Of a DNA stretch of 64,000 bases, positions 13,238 to 23,182 are shown one piece after another (the stretch's first letter is position 1; each line of letters starts with the position of its first letter). A model generated the notes under the pieces. That model had not been told where the DNA came from. It saw nothing but the letters and a program-made list of their open reading frames with translations, and searched no databases. A program made the translations under genes and the position numbers. The DNA is from Macrostomum lignano (Eukaryota): contig NIVC01000498.1 in NCBI GenBank assembly GCA_002269645.1, positions 14,066-78,065 of the forward strand. The letters are read 5' to 3'.

Positions 13238-14062
13238 TCAGGGCTCCTCCGTATCCGGCTCTGCCGATCTAGAGGGGGGCAGGCGCCCCATGCTGCGAAG
13301 TAGGCCGATGATGGCCTCCGGGGACTCCATCAAGTCCTCGGAGGCGAGCCCGTGGACTGCCCGGTAGCGGTCGCCACAGGGGCAGTCGTGTAGGATGTGG
13401 CGCACCGTGTCCTCCGCGCCGCAATCGGGACAGGCAGCGGAGTCCGCGATGCCAAGCCTGTGGCGGGTGCTGAAGTTAATCATACTGGCGCCAGCGCGGA
13501 GCTGGTTTATCAGCACGTGGAGGCGGCGTGGGAGGTGGGCCGGTGGTGGTTTGGCCGGTGCCGCGTAGTCGGCGTCCATGGCCCGGCGGCGGCGGCGGAG
13601 GGCTGTCCTAGCCGCTTGTAGCTGGAGCGGCACGTGTTGTTGGTCGAGGGCGGCCGCTTCCGATGCCGCTTTGTCGGCCTCCTCGTTGCCCCCCAGACCG
13701 CAGTGGGCTGGGACCCAACGGAAGGTGACCGTGCGGTTACCGGTCGTGAGAGGGAGAAGAAGGTCCCAACAGTCCGACGCCACGCTGTCAGTTTGGGCCA
13801 GAGGGCCGGCACTCAGGGCCTGGACCGCGCTCAGGCTGTCGGTAGCGATGGTGACAGACGGGGGGGCATCGTTGGAGAGAAGGAGCCTAAGGGCCTCGCG
13901 GATGGCGACCAGCTCCGCCGTAAAGCTGCTGCACCAGGCTCCGGCGGGTACGCAGTGGCGGGTACGCAGTGGCGGGTGCCAGGAACCTCCCATTGAGCGA
14001 TGGCCGCTCCCCCGCCGTTCCGCGAGCCTTCGCCGACGGACCCGTCGGTCCAAATGACGCAC
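13238..14062 (-). CDS. E1 RNase H and C-terminal CCHC knuckle
   Basis: SSFTAELVAI, ATDSLSA, WVPAHCGLGGNEEAD, CPDCGAEDTVRHILHDC. Confidence 0.88.
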   Translation of the reverse strand: MRHLDRRVRRRRLAERRGSGHRSMGGSWHPPLRTRHCVPAGAWCSSFTAELVAIREALRLLLSNDAPPSVTIATDSLSAVQALSAGPLAQTDSVASDCWDLLLPLTTGNRTVTFRWVPAHCGLGGNEEADKAASEAAALDQQHVPLQLQAARTALRRRRRAMDADYAAPAKPPPAHLPRRLHVLINQLRAGASMINFSTRHRLGIADSAACPDCGAEDTVRHILHDCPCGDRYRAVHGLASEDLMESPEAIIGLLRSMGRLPPSRSAEPDTEEP

Positions 14063-14615
14063 GGGCTGGCGGCCAGATCGGCGACGGCGGGGCTGACGCG
14101 CTCCAGCTTCTCGAGCGCCGTCATCTGGCGGGAGACCAGGGCGGTGAGAGAGGTGTCGAACTCAACCGTCTCCGCCCCTTCGGCATCCCAGGGTGGCGGG
14201 CCAAGGTGGCGAGCCGCGCGTGGGAGACGGTCGAGCTCGCAGCCGCTGCAGAGCTCCTCGGCGGATCTACGCCAGCAGCCCCTGTGGGGGCGGTTGGCAT
14301 CCAAGGCCGCTCCGGGTTGGCGGCTACGCTCTTCGCCGACGTCGCCTGCCCCGTCGACCCGGTGCGCGTCAGGCGCCGTTCTGGCCTGAGCTGCGTAAGT
14401 ACGGTTCTTTAGGCGAGGTCGCGTGGTCTTGGTGGCGATGGTGTGGGCGGGAGTGTCCGCCTGTAGCCGCGCCATACGCTCGCGCAGCATGCTGGCGCGC
14501 TCCAACGCGACATGACTGACCGGGGGGAGCTCTGCGATACTGAGAAGTCGGTCGGTGTGGGTGGTTTGGACGCACCCTGTGATGAGCCGCGCACAGGCGT
14601 TTTGTTGTCGTTCAA

Positions 14616-15557
14616 TCATGAGTCGGGTGCTCGGGCTGCTCCCGCCAGCCAGATTCCGCTGCCGTAGTCGGCCACTGAGCGCACGGTGGCGGTGTAGACC
14701 GCTCGAAGGGTGTCTTGAGTTGCGCCCAGTTGGCGGTGAGCAATGGCCTGAAGGGGTCGTCTGCGGGCGGCCATGCGGCGGCGAATGTCTTTGGCGTGTT
14801 CGGCAAAGCCGAGATGGTCGTCGAGTTTCACCCCAAGGAAGACTGGGTGGGGCTCAAAGGCCAGTTGTTTGTTGCCGATGCTGACATTGAGCCGAGCCTT
14901 GCCTCTATTTTCCGCTGGGCTGAGGCTGAAAATGCTGTAGCTGCATTTGCCTGGGCTCAGCAGCACTTTCCAGCGCTCGCACCAACGTTGGACCGCGTCG
15001 AGAGCCGGTTGAAGTTTGCTCGCGCAGTTGGCTAGCTTGCGGTCCAGGGCCAGCAGGGCGCTGTCATCGGCGTAGAGGCTGGTCTCGACCTCCGGGGCGG
15101 CTTCCGCGATGGCCTTTGGCAGGTCGTTCACGTAAACCAGCCAGAGGAGCGGGGCGATGACGCTCCCTTGGGGCAGTCCCTCGCGAAACACTCGCTCCTT
15201 ACTGGTGGCGCTGCCGAAGCGGACCTTTGCGCGTCTGTCATTGATGAAACTGTTAATCCATCTGAGAAAGCAGACGGGGACGCCGAGTTCGCGCAGCTTA
15301 CAGATGAGGGCCTTGCGCCAGACCCTGTCGTAGGCCCTCGAGAAGTCAAGCAGGCAGAGCACTGCTCGTTGAGCCTGCGGGTCCTCTAGTCCGTCGAAGA
15401 TTGCCTGGGCGATGCGAGCGATCTGCTCTTCGCACGATCGGCCCTGGCGGAATCCAGCCTGCACCGAGCTGAGCATCCCGCGGTCTTCGAGGTCGTGGCG
15501 CAGGCGGAGGTAAACCATTTTTTCGGCGACTTTGGCTATGCAGCTAGTCAGGGCCAC
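14616..15557 (-). CDS. E1 reverse transcriptase domain (frameshifted continuation)
   Basis: QAGFR, LDFSRAYDRV, GLPQGSVIAP, YADD, FLGVKLD. Confidence 0.9.
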   Translation of the reverse strand: MALTSCIAKVAEKMVYLRLRHDLEDRGMLSSVQAGFRQGRSCEEQIARIAQAIFDGLEDPQAQRAVLCLLDFSRAYDRVWRKALICKLRELGVPVCFLRWINSFINDRRAKVRFGSATSKERVFREGLPQGSVIAPLLWLVYVNDLPKAIAEAAPEVETSLYADDSALLALDRKLANCASKLQPALDAVQRWCERWKVLLSPGKCSYSIFSLSPAENRGKARLNVSIGNKQLAFEPHPVFLGVKLDDHLGFAEHAKDIRRRMAARRRPLQAIAHRQLGATQDTLRAVYTATVRSVADYGSGIWLAGAARAPDS

Positions 15558-18061
15558 TGGGCGATAGCTGCCGGGGTCATCCGCGCGTTTTCCGCGTTTG
15601 GGTATCGGGATGATGATGGCCCGGCGCCACTGATGCGTTTGTTAATGAGATTCAGGAGCCTGTTCTCGCTGCGGGCCGGGAGGCGTTTGAGCATCTCGTT
15701 TGTCACCTCGTCCGGGCCTGGGCTCTTTCTGGACTTAAGGGAGCGGATGGCGGAGCGGAGTTCGGTGATGTTGAACTCCTTGCACAGGCCTGATCTGGCG
15801 GTTGACGTGTGTGCGCTACATACTGTGCGCATGGCGGCGAAGGCGTCGCGGTTGATGCTGCGGTCGTCTTTGTGTCGTTTGATGCGGGAGACCTCCGCGT
15901 AGATAGCGCAAAATGCGTTAGCTTTGTCGCGGTCAGTTGTGAGCGCCTTCCCCGGTCTGCCGCGGGCCTCGTCGGCAGGTAGCACCAGCGCGCAGTTGCT
16001 AGGCGGAGGTGGCGGGTCTCCTCTCATCGCTCTGGTCAGCGCAAAGAGGTCGCTGTTGACGTTCAGCTCGGCGACGCGCTGGTTCCAGAAGTTGGCTTTC
16101 TCCGCTTTGATGGTCGCGTCTGCCACGCGTCTGGCCGTGTGGTACGCGCTGAGGTCTTCCGGTGTTTTGGAGCGCTCCGCTTGCTTTCTGGCGCTGCTGC
16201 AGTTCCTGCAGGCCTCGGTGCACGCATCCGTCCAGAAGGGTTTGCCTCGCCTCTGTCGACATCCACGCGGAATGGAGCCGGCGGCCGCCGTGAGAATCGA
16301 TTGACAGAGACGCTGGTGGTCGGCGTCAATCCGCGAGCCAGAGGTGGCTGAGGACGGTTTCAGATGGTCTTCTGCGCGGTCGAGCTCGGCCTTGAAGGAC
16401 GTCCAGTCGGCTTTGGCGAAGCACCATTTCGCTCTATGTTGTTGCTTGGCGGTCGTTTTGGCCTTAGTAAGGGTGAAAACGATGGGCAGGTGGTCGCTGC
16501 CGAGGTCTTCAATAGTGCGCCAGGATGTCTTGAGGGCTGTGGCTAGGCCACTGGTGCACCAGGTGGTATCCGGGCAGCTGAGTCCGCCGGTCGCCGGGTT
16601 GGTACGGGTGTGCGTGGCGTCCCGGTTGCAGAGGTGTAGGCTTTTGCGAAGCGCCCATTCCTCGATGCTGGCGCCCCGATCGTCGTCGGGCTGGTGGTGG
16701 TCCCAGCTCCCGTGTCCATTAAAATCACCCGCTACGATGGATTTGTTGGCAGTTGGGATGTCGTCCCATTTTGGTTGCCAAAGCTCTTGGCGTTGGTTGC
16801 TATCTGGGGGGGCGTAGACCGACACGAGCTTGATGGCACCGGCCCCCGGGATAGCGATAGTGCAAGCGGTGAGGTCGAGCTGAGCGTGGTCGTTGCTCCA
16901 TGGTTCGTTGAAGGCGATGTCCTTGCGGACCAGGATCATAACGCCTCCGCGGCCGGTAGCGCACTGGATTTTTTTGTGGATTTTTTTTGGGTTATGGCTG
17001 CTGTCCGGCCGGGCGTCGACAACGGTCGGTCTTGGCGCCGGGGTGTCTGCAGGGCGGTTGGTCGTGCGCTCCTGCTCCTGCGTCTGTTGTTGGTTGGACC
17101 TGGCGGATTCTTGGCAACATGGGCCGTGGAAGTCGGCTCTGTAGGCTTTCGTGCTGGGGAGTTGGCTGCATTTGAGGTGCAGCCACTCCTTGCAGCCTTG
17201 GCACTGGACACTATATCCCCGGCCGGTCGGGCGGGAGCAAACAGGGCATTGCCAGGTAGAGGAGGAGCGAGCGCTAGCACTGGCGCCTTGGATTGCTTTA
17301 GTTGCTGCCGGTTTCGACTGTTCGGGGCTTGCCGAGGGGTCCGGGGTGCGGTCCGGTGGAGCGGAACGAGGCTCAGGCCATGGGCGGTTCCGTTCGCTAC
17401 AGGCAGTTCGTCCGCTGCGGCAACCGGGGCACCATCTTGCCTTCTCCTCCGGCCATCTGAGGCGGCATCTCGGGCGAGGTGGGAGGCGCCCGCCGTCTGC
17501 CGAGAGCGGGTTGTTGTTCGTAGCGGCAGCCCCATGGGCCGTGGTGGTCGCGGCGATGGTCGGTTGGTCGAGGAGGACCTCAGAATCGGCTTTCGGCAGT
17601 CCGTCCTTGCGCGCTGCCACACTGTACCCGTGCGGCGGTTGGAAGGTGGCGCCAGGGCGGAGTTTAGTCTCTTGGAGAAGGACCGCGCAGGGGCGCAGCT
17701 GGGCTAATCTCTCGGCTAGCTCCGTGCGACGGGCCTGCAATCCATTACAGTTGAATTGAAGGACCTGGAGCTCTGGGCCGGGTTTGGAGCTGCGCCTGTG
17801 CTGTCTCCTACTCCGCCTGGGGTGGGGGTTGGGCGCGTCGTGGACCGCGTCTCCTCCCCTCAGCCGCAGGACCGTATTGATATTTCCGTCCATTTCTGCC
17901 TCATCGTGTCTGGCAGTGGGGACGTGGGCTGGGCCAAGATGTTGATAGTTGCAGCATCCCTGATGGTTGCGACACTTAGTCACCCGCGTGCAGCGGGCGT
18001 CCAGGGGCCCCTCGTGGAGGAGGTCGCTTGCCACAGGAAGGTGATGGCCTTCCTGCACCAT
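15548..18061 (-). CDS. E1 polyprotein, N-terminal part: VLRLRGG motif, split APE endonuclease with Cys module and PHD, start of RT
   Basis: ORF track 837 aa; motifs as listed for E1. Confidence 0.85.
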   Translation of the reverse strand: MVQEGHHLPVASDLLHEGPLDARCTRVTKCRNHQGCCNYQHLGPAHVPTARHDEAEMDGNINTVLRLRGGDAVHDAPNPHPRRSRRQHRRSSKPGPELQVLQFNCNGLQARRTELAERLAQLRPCAVLLQETKLRPGATFQPPHGYSVAARKDGLPKADSEVLLDQPTIAATTTAHGAAATNNNPLSADGGRLPPRPRCRLRWPEEKARWCPGCRSGRTACSERNRPWPEPRSAPPDRTPDPSASPEQSKPAATKAIQGASASARSSSTWQCPVCSRPTGRGYSVQCQGCKEWLHLKCSQLPSTKAYRADFHGPCCQESARSNQQQTQEQERTTNRPADTPAPRPTVVDARPDSSHNPKKIHKKIQCATGRGGVMILVRKDIAFNEPWSNDHAQLDLTACTIAIPGAGAIKLVSVYAPPDSNQRQELWQPKWDDIPTANKSIVAGDFNGHGSWDHHQPDDDRGASIEEWALRKSLHLCNRDATHTRTNPATGGLSCPDTTWCTSGLATALKTSWRTIEDLGSDHLPIVFTLTKAKTTAKQQHRAKWCFAKADWTSFKAELDRAEDHLKPSSATSGSRIDADHQRLCQSILTAAAGSIPRGCRQRRGKPFWTDACTEACRNCSSARKQAERSKTPEDLSAYHTARRVADATIKAEKANFWNQRVAELNVNSDLFALTRAMRGDPPPPPSNCALVLPADEARGRPGKALTTDRDKANAFCAIYAEVSRIKRHKDDRSINRDAFAAMRTVCSAHTSTARSGLCKEFNITELRSAIRSLKSRKSPGPDEVTNEMLKRLPARSENRLLNLINKRISGAGPSSSRYPNAENARMTPAAIAQWP

Positions 18062-18075
18062 GATCGTCTGGTCCC
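17969..18075 (-). ncRNA. Candidate HDV-like self-cleaving ribozyme at the E1 5' end
   Basis: GGGACC..GCGAC CTCCTCCACGAG GGGCCCCU GG, P4 hairpin CGCCCGC/GCGGGUG, ACUAA, then GUGUCGC pairing back to GCGAC. HDV order is present; P1 has one mismatch. Confidence 0.55.
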
Positions 18076-18323
18076 ACTGGTTCTGCTGCTGCTGCTGCTG
18101 CTGCGGAGCCGACTGGTACTGGTTCTGCTGCTGCTGCTGCTGCGGAGCCGACTGGTACTGGTTCTGCTGCTGCTGCTGCTGCTGCGGAGCCGACTGGTAC
18201 TGGTTCTGCTGCTGCTGCTGCTGCTGCGGAGCCGACTGGTACTGGTTCTGCTGCTGCTGCTGCTGCTGCGGAGCCGACTGGTACTGGTTCTGCTGCTGCG
18301 GAGCCGACTGGTACTGGTTCTGC
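18076..18323. repeat. Minisatellite block 2 (6 units)
   Basis: Read directly. Confidence 0.95.
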
Positions 18324-18411
18324 TTCTTCTTCTTCTTCTTCTACGCAGCCCCCGCGTCGCCGCTGTCCGGCGGCTGGGGGGGAGGGCGACCTGCAGGCCG
18401 CCCCATCATCC

Positions 18412-19071
18412 TCAGATACCGGCAGATTCCGCCCGCGTCGTTGAGGTCGAGAGGGTGAGCAAGGCGGGCGAGTCTCCGCGTGGACACTGCTGCAGGAGGT
18501 GCTCTTCTGTGTCTTCGTCTCCGCAGTCCGGACAGAGCGGAGTCTCGGTAAGGCCGATACGGTAGCGGGTGGCCGCGCAGGCTGTGCTGCAGCCGGCCCT
18601 CAATTGGCAAACCGCCACCGTCTCGCCACGAGTCAGGCCGCCGTAGCGCTTCCAGGGCGAGCTACGGTTCAAGAGCTTGAGATCGAGGTGTCGCCTGGCT
18701 CGTTTGATGGCAGCCCTGGCGGCTTCGAAGGCGATGGGCTGGTCCTGCGTCAGGTCCGAAGCCCGGTTCGCCGCCTTGTCGGCTCTTTCGTTGCCATCGA
18801 CGCCGACGTGGGCCGGCACCCAGGTAATGCGGACCGGGCGAGCTTCTTGACTGAGCAGGCTCCACACCAGCTGTCCCATGGGCTCGCGTTGGTCAGCTGG
18901 CCCGCGCTGCAGGGTGAGGATGCCCGCCATGCTGTCCGTGAGAATGTCGATGCTGCCCCCGTGTGGTTGCTGGAGCTGTAGGCAGCGGCGGATGCCTAGA
19001 GCTATAGCCGCTAGCTCCGCCGTCGTGCTGCTGCAGACGGAGCCAGCGGCTGTCGTGTGTACTTCGCCCAC
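18412..19071 (-). CDS. E2 RNase H and CCHC knuckle
   Basis: SSTTAELAAI, LTDSMA, WVPAHVGVDGNERAD, CPDCGDEDTEEHLLQQC. Confidence 0.88.
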   Translation of the reverse strand: MGEVHTTAAGSVCSSTTAELAAIALGIRRCLQLQQPHGGSIDILTDSMAGILTLQRGPADQREPMGQLVWSLLSQEARPVRITWVPAHVGVDGNERADKAANRASDLTQDQPIAFEAARAAIKRARRHLDLKLLNRSSPWKRYGGLTRGETVAVCQLRAGCSTACAATRYRIGLTETPLCPDCGDEDTEEHLLQQCPRGDSPALLTLSTSTTRAESAGI

Positions 19072-22000
19072 AGGAGGGTGTGCAGGACGGCCGCGCCACG
19101 GCCGTCCCGGCAGCCGTCCGTGGCGCTGCCGTCAGTCCAGATGACGATATCGTGTTGAGGTCTGGATTCCAGGGCGTTGATGGCTCTCTCCCGTCTGATG
19201 CTGTCCGGCACTTTGCGGCCGCAGGTGACCTGCAGGCTGGTGTCGAAGCTGACTTCGCTGGGTGACTGCCATGGCGGCTCGGGCATCGGGAAGGGGGCGC
19301 GCCTCCCCGCTGGCTCGAGGGCGTTGATGCCGAGCTCCAGTGCGGCGCGCCTCCAGCAACCACGGAAAGGCCTGCGGTAGTCGCTCTCCAGCAGGACCCG
19401 GTCATCCACCGGGTGTTGCTCCGTAGCCACGCCTCGTGAGCACGGGATTTCAGGCGGGGCGGCAGGGTCTAGCGGCAGTCTGGTGCACCGGGACCTCCCG
19501 GGCAGCCTCAGAGCCCGTTCCCGCAAGGTCGCCGCTCTCTCCAGGATCAGGTGTCCGATGGGCGGCAGGTCTGCGGCCGCGAGGAGCGCCCTGACGTTCG
19601 TGGGCTTAATGCACCCCGAGATGATCCTGGCGCAGCAGAACTGTTGCCGTTCGATGAGAAGCCTGCTGCTCGGCGCCGCAAAGGCACCCCAGATTCCGCA
19701 CGCGTAGTCGGCAATAGCACGCACGGTGGCGACGTAGGCAGTGCGGAGGACGTGGAAGGAGGCGCCGCCGCTACGAGTCGCCAGGGCGGCGAGGGGCCGT
19801 CGGCGGACTGCCATGCGGCGGCGGATATCCGCCACATGATGTTGGAACGTTAGCTGGCCATCAAGTTTGACGCCGAGGAAAGTCGGGTGGAGCTCAAACT
19901 GCAGAGGCTCGCCGCAGATGCTGAGGTGCGGGCGAACTTTCCCATTGGTCTCGTTGGGTGCCAACGAAAAGGTCGTGAAACAGCACTTGTTGGGGCTAAG
20001 TTCGACCTTCCACCGGCGGCACCATTCAGCGGCTGCGTCAAGGGCCGGTTGAAGATTGATTGCGCAGCGCTGAAGAGTGGTGGCTGAGCAGAGGATGGCC
20101 GAGTCATCTGCGTAGAGGCTGACTGCTGATTGAGGGGCTGCCCGCGAGATGGCTTCCGGTAGGTCGTTAATGTAGCAGTTCCAAAGCGTAGGTGCGAGGA
20201 CGCTGCCCTGTGGCAGTCCTTCCCTGAAGCAGCGCTCGCGGCTGGTGGCAGCGTTCCACTTCACCGCTGCCCTGCGTTGGCAGAGGAAACCGCGGACCCA
20301 TCTGATGATGCGGCGGTTGATCCCCATGCGGAGCATCTTGGCATAAAGCGCTGCTCTCCAAACCCTGTCGTAGGCGCGACAGAAGTCTAACAGGGCAAGA
20401 ATGCTGCGGATGGGAGGCTGCGATTCGAGGCCGTCGAAAATATCCTGACATATCCTGGCTATCTGCTCGTCGCAGCCGCGGTGTCGGCGGAAGCCAGCCT
20501 GGCAGGGCGTCAGGAGGTTCTTGGTTTCTAGCGTCCAGTTGAGTCTGGCTAGCACCATACGTTCGGCGCACTTGGCGACGCAGCTCGTAAGCGCGACCGG
20601 TCGATAGCTGCTCGGGAGTTTTGGGACCTTCCCCTTTTTTGGCACTGGGATGATGACCGCTCGGCGCCAGCTGTTCGGCGTGGAGCCGTCTTTCCAGCTG
20701 CGGTTGATGAGGTGCAGCAGGCGTTCGTCGATCTCCGCTGGTAGGTGCTTAAGCATTTCGTTGCTGACGCCATCCGGGCCGGCCGCCTTACCGGACTTCA
20801 ATTTACGGAGCGCGGTGCGGAGTTCGCCCAGCGTGAAGTCGGCCGCGGTCGGGTCTTGGGCCTCCTCTTCGGACTGCCGGAGGCCGCTGTTGGCTTCGTA
20901 GCGGATGGCTGCGTCATTCGCCCGTCGTTCAACCCTGCTAACCTCGGCATAAAGCTGGCAGAAGAGATTTGTCTTTTCTTTATCGGAGTTGCAGGTGCGC
21001 GCCGGGCGACTGCCGGAGGCCGGTCTGCTAATTGCCGCAGGGTCGCGTCCCGTGGGCGCTTCGCCGCGCATAGATCTGAGCAGCTTAAAAAGGTCAGAGT
21101 TGGCATCGAGCGCTTCCGCGCGCTGTTCGAGGTGATCGCGGCGCTCTTTTCTAATGACCTTGGCGGCTTGGTGACGGGCTCTGTTGAAGGCTGTAATGGC
21201 CTCTTGGGTCTGAAGTTCCTCAGCTTGGGACCGGGCAGCTTGGGTTTCCGCGCAAGCATTTGAGCAGGCTTCGGACCAGAATGGGGCCCGACGTCCCGCC
21301 GTGCTGCCTCTCGGGATGCTCTTATGTGCTGCCTTCAGGATCATGCTGCTGAGCGCTTCGGCCTCCTGGTCAATGGTCATGGCGTTCGCCGCTGACCCAG
21401 TAGGGTTGGGCTGTTGGGCGCAATGGTTGGCCTGGAGTTCCGACTTGTAGGTTGTCCAGTTCGCTTTGCGATAGTTCCAGCGGGGGGGGCCTCGTTTATG
21501 CACTGGACGGGGCGCCGCGGCGTTGAACAGGATCGGGAGGTGGTCGCTACCGCAGTCTGGTCCAGTCCTCCAGCTGCGTGTGACCGTTTCGGCCAAGGAG
21601 CCGGAAACGCAGGTAATGTCCGGGGTTGACCGTTTGCCGGTGGCGGGGCTAGTCCTGGTATGAGCATTGCTGTTGCAGATAGCCAGCCCATTTCTGGTTG
21701 CCCATTCCTCGACGCGCTGTCCTCGCTGGTCCTCTTCCATGTGGTAATCCCAAGCGCCGTGGGCGTTGAAGTCGCCTCCGATAATAGTGCGATTATTGGT
21801 CGGGATGCGCTCCAGTGGGTTGTCCTCGGTGTTTTCGCCGGCAGATCTTTGGGCGCTGACTGGCGGTATGTATATCGAGACCACCAACAGGTCCGGTTGA
21901 TGAGGCAAACTGAGCCTACACGCTGCGATGTCGCTTCCGTCGGTGGCCGGCCCCCTCTTGACCGTGCTGTAGCAGATGTTGGAGCTCACTAGTATCATCG

Positions 22001-22900
22001 CGCCCCCGCGGCCTGTGATTCTGTTTGCGTTCTTAGGGTGGATCTGGCTGGGCTGTGGCGCCGTGACCTCTGGCTCGTCGTCGGTCTGGGTGAGTGGTTG
22101 GCCTGGGTCGGTGCCGCGTCTGAGGCATCGGCGGCGCCCAGAGCAGCCGCTGCACCAGTTCGTCGGGTTGGCCGGCTCGCGGCGCTTGCAGGTTGGGCCT
22201 ATGTGTGTCGTCGCTTGCGATGTATTCCCGGTTGCACCATCCCGTGCCGGTTCATTGTTATCCGGCGTCGGATCCCGGTTGGTGCAAGCGGTGCGGCGGG
22301 ATCGGCATCCGGGGCACCACTGTTCTCGGGTGTCCGGGAGTCGAGTGCGGCAGCGAGCAAGTTTTTTGGGCGGTCCGGCGCTGCCGTGTTGTTGTTGTTG
22401 CGTCGGTCGGGCCTCGTCCGCCGGTGCCGTTGATTGTACCGGGGCGTCCGTGTCCGGGTACGGAGTCCCGTCGCTCCTGGCGGCGACGACGTAGCCGGGT
22501 GGTGGGCGGAAGTCGTCAGAGGCCTTGAGCTTCGTCTCCTGCAGGAGAACGACAGCGGGGCGGTCGATGGTCAGCCGATGGGCCAGCTCCGTGTAGCGGC
22601 TACGAATGCCATTGCAGTTCAACTGCAAGAACGGGAGCTCTGGGCTTGGCTGATCGTCGACGGTCGACTTGCGCTTCTTGCGTCGCGCTCTGGTCGGCCT
22701 GCTGTCACTGCCTCCGCGAAGCCGTAGGACACGGTGGAGGTTGTCCTGGGGTTGCTCGGTCGAAAAGGATGAGGATGATCTGCGATGGTGTGGACCATTA
22801 GTCATTCCCGAGCTATCGCTCAGGTCCAGGGGCTCCCGGGGTCCTGGCCGATTGCTCATGTCGGCCGTTTCCCCTTCTCGGAGGATGTCCACAGGCCCCC
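19011..22900 (-). CDS. E2 polyprotein: LHRVLRLRGG, split APE with two Cys modules, RT (frameshift near 19480)
   Basis: Portion of the 1451-aa ORF that lies inside the element. Confidence 0.88.
22792..22900 (-). ncRNA. Candidate HDV-like ribozyme at the E2 5' end (P3/L3 region atypical or damaged)
   Basis: Starts GGGGGCC, pairing with AGCCCCU; then GG, hairpin CCUGAGC/GCUCGGG, UGACUAA, UGGUCC. Shares GCCCCTGGAC and TGACTAA with E1. Confidence 0.45.
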
Positions 22901-23140
22901 ACTGGTTCTGCTGCTGCTGCTGCTGCTGCTGCGGAGCCGACTGGTACTGGTTCTGCTGCTGCTGCTGCTGCTGCGGAGCCGACTGGTACTGGTTCTGCTG
23001 CTGCTGCTGCTGCTGCGGAGCCGACTGGTACTGGTTCTGCTGCTGCTGCTGCTGCTGCGGAGCCGACTGGTACTGGTTCTGCTGCTGCTGCTGCTGCTGC
23101 GGAGCCGACTGGTACTGGTTCTGCTGCTGCTGCTGCTGCT
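22901..23140. repeat. Minisatellite block 3 (5 units)
   Basis: Read directly. Confidence 0.95.
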
Positions 23141-23182
23141 GTTGTTGTTGTTGTTGTTGTTTGCGCTGAAGGCGCGAACATC

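Larger units (their letters stand above)
13211..18075 (-). mobile_element. Full-length Ingi/I-type non-LTR retrotransposon E1 (APE with Cys/PHD insert, RT, RNase H, CCHC)
   Basis: 11-bp TSD GCAGAACCAGT (13200-13210 and 18076-18086) and (GAAAAA)n tail. LQFNCNG, LQETK, GDFNGH, SDHLPI, GLPQGS, YADD, WTDGS, ATDSLS, WVPAHCG, CPDC..H..C. Frameshifted at about 15570, 14617 and 13960. Confidence 0.95.
18324..22900 (-). mobile_element. Full-length Ingi/I-type non-LTR retrotransposon E2 (a different family from E1)
   Basis: Same 11-bp TSD GCAGAACCAGT (18313-18323 and 22901-22911) and (GAA)n tail. LQLNCNG, LQETK, GDFNAH, SDHLPI, QGSVLAP, YADD, WTDGS, WVPAHVG, CPDC..H..C. Confidence 0.95.
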
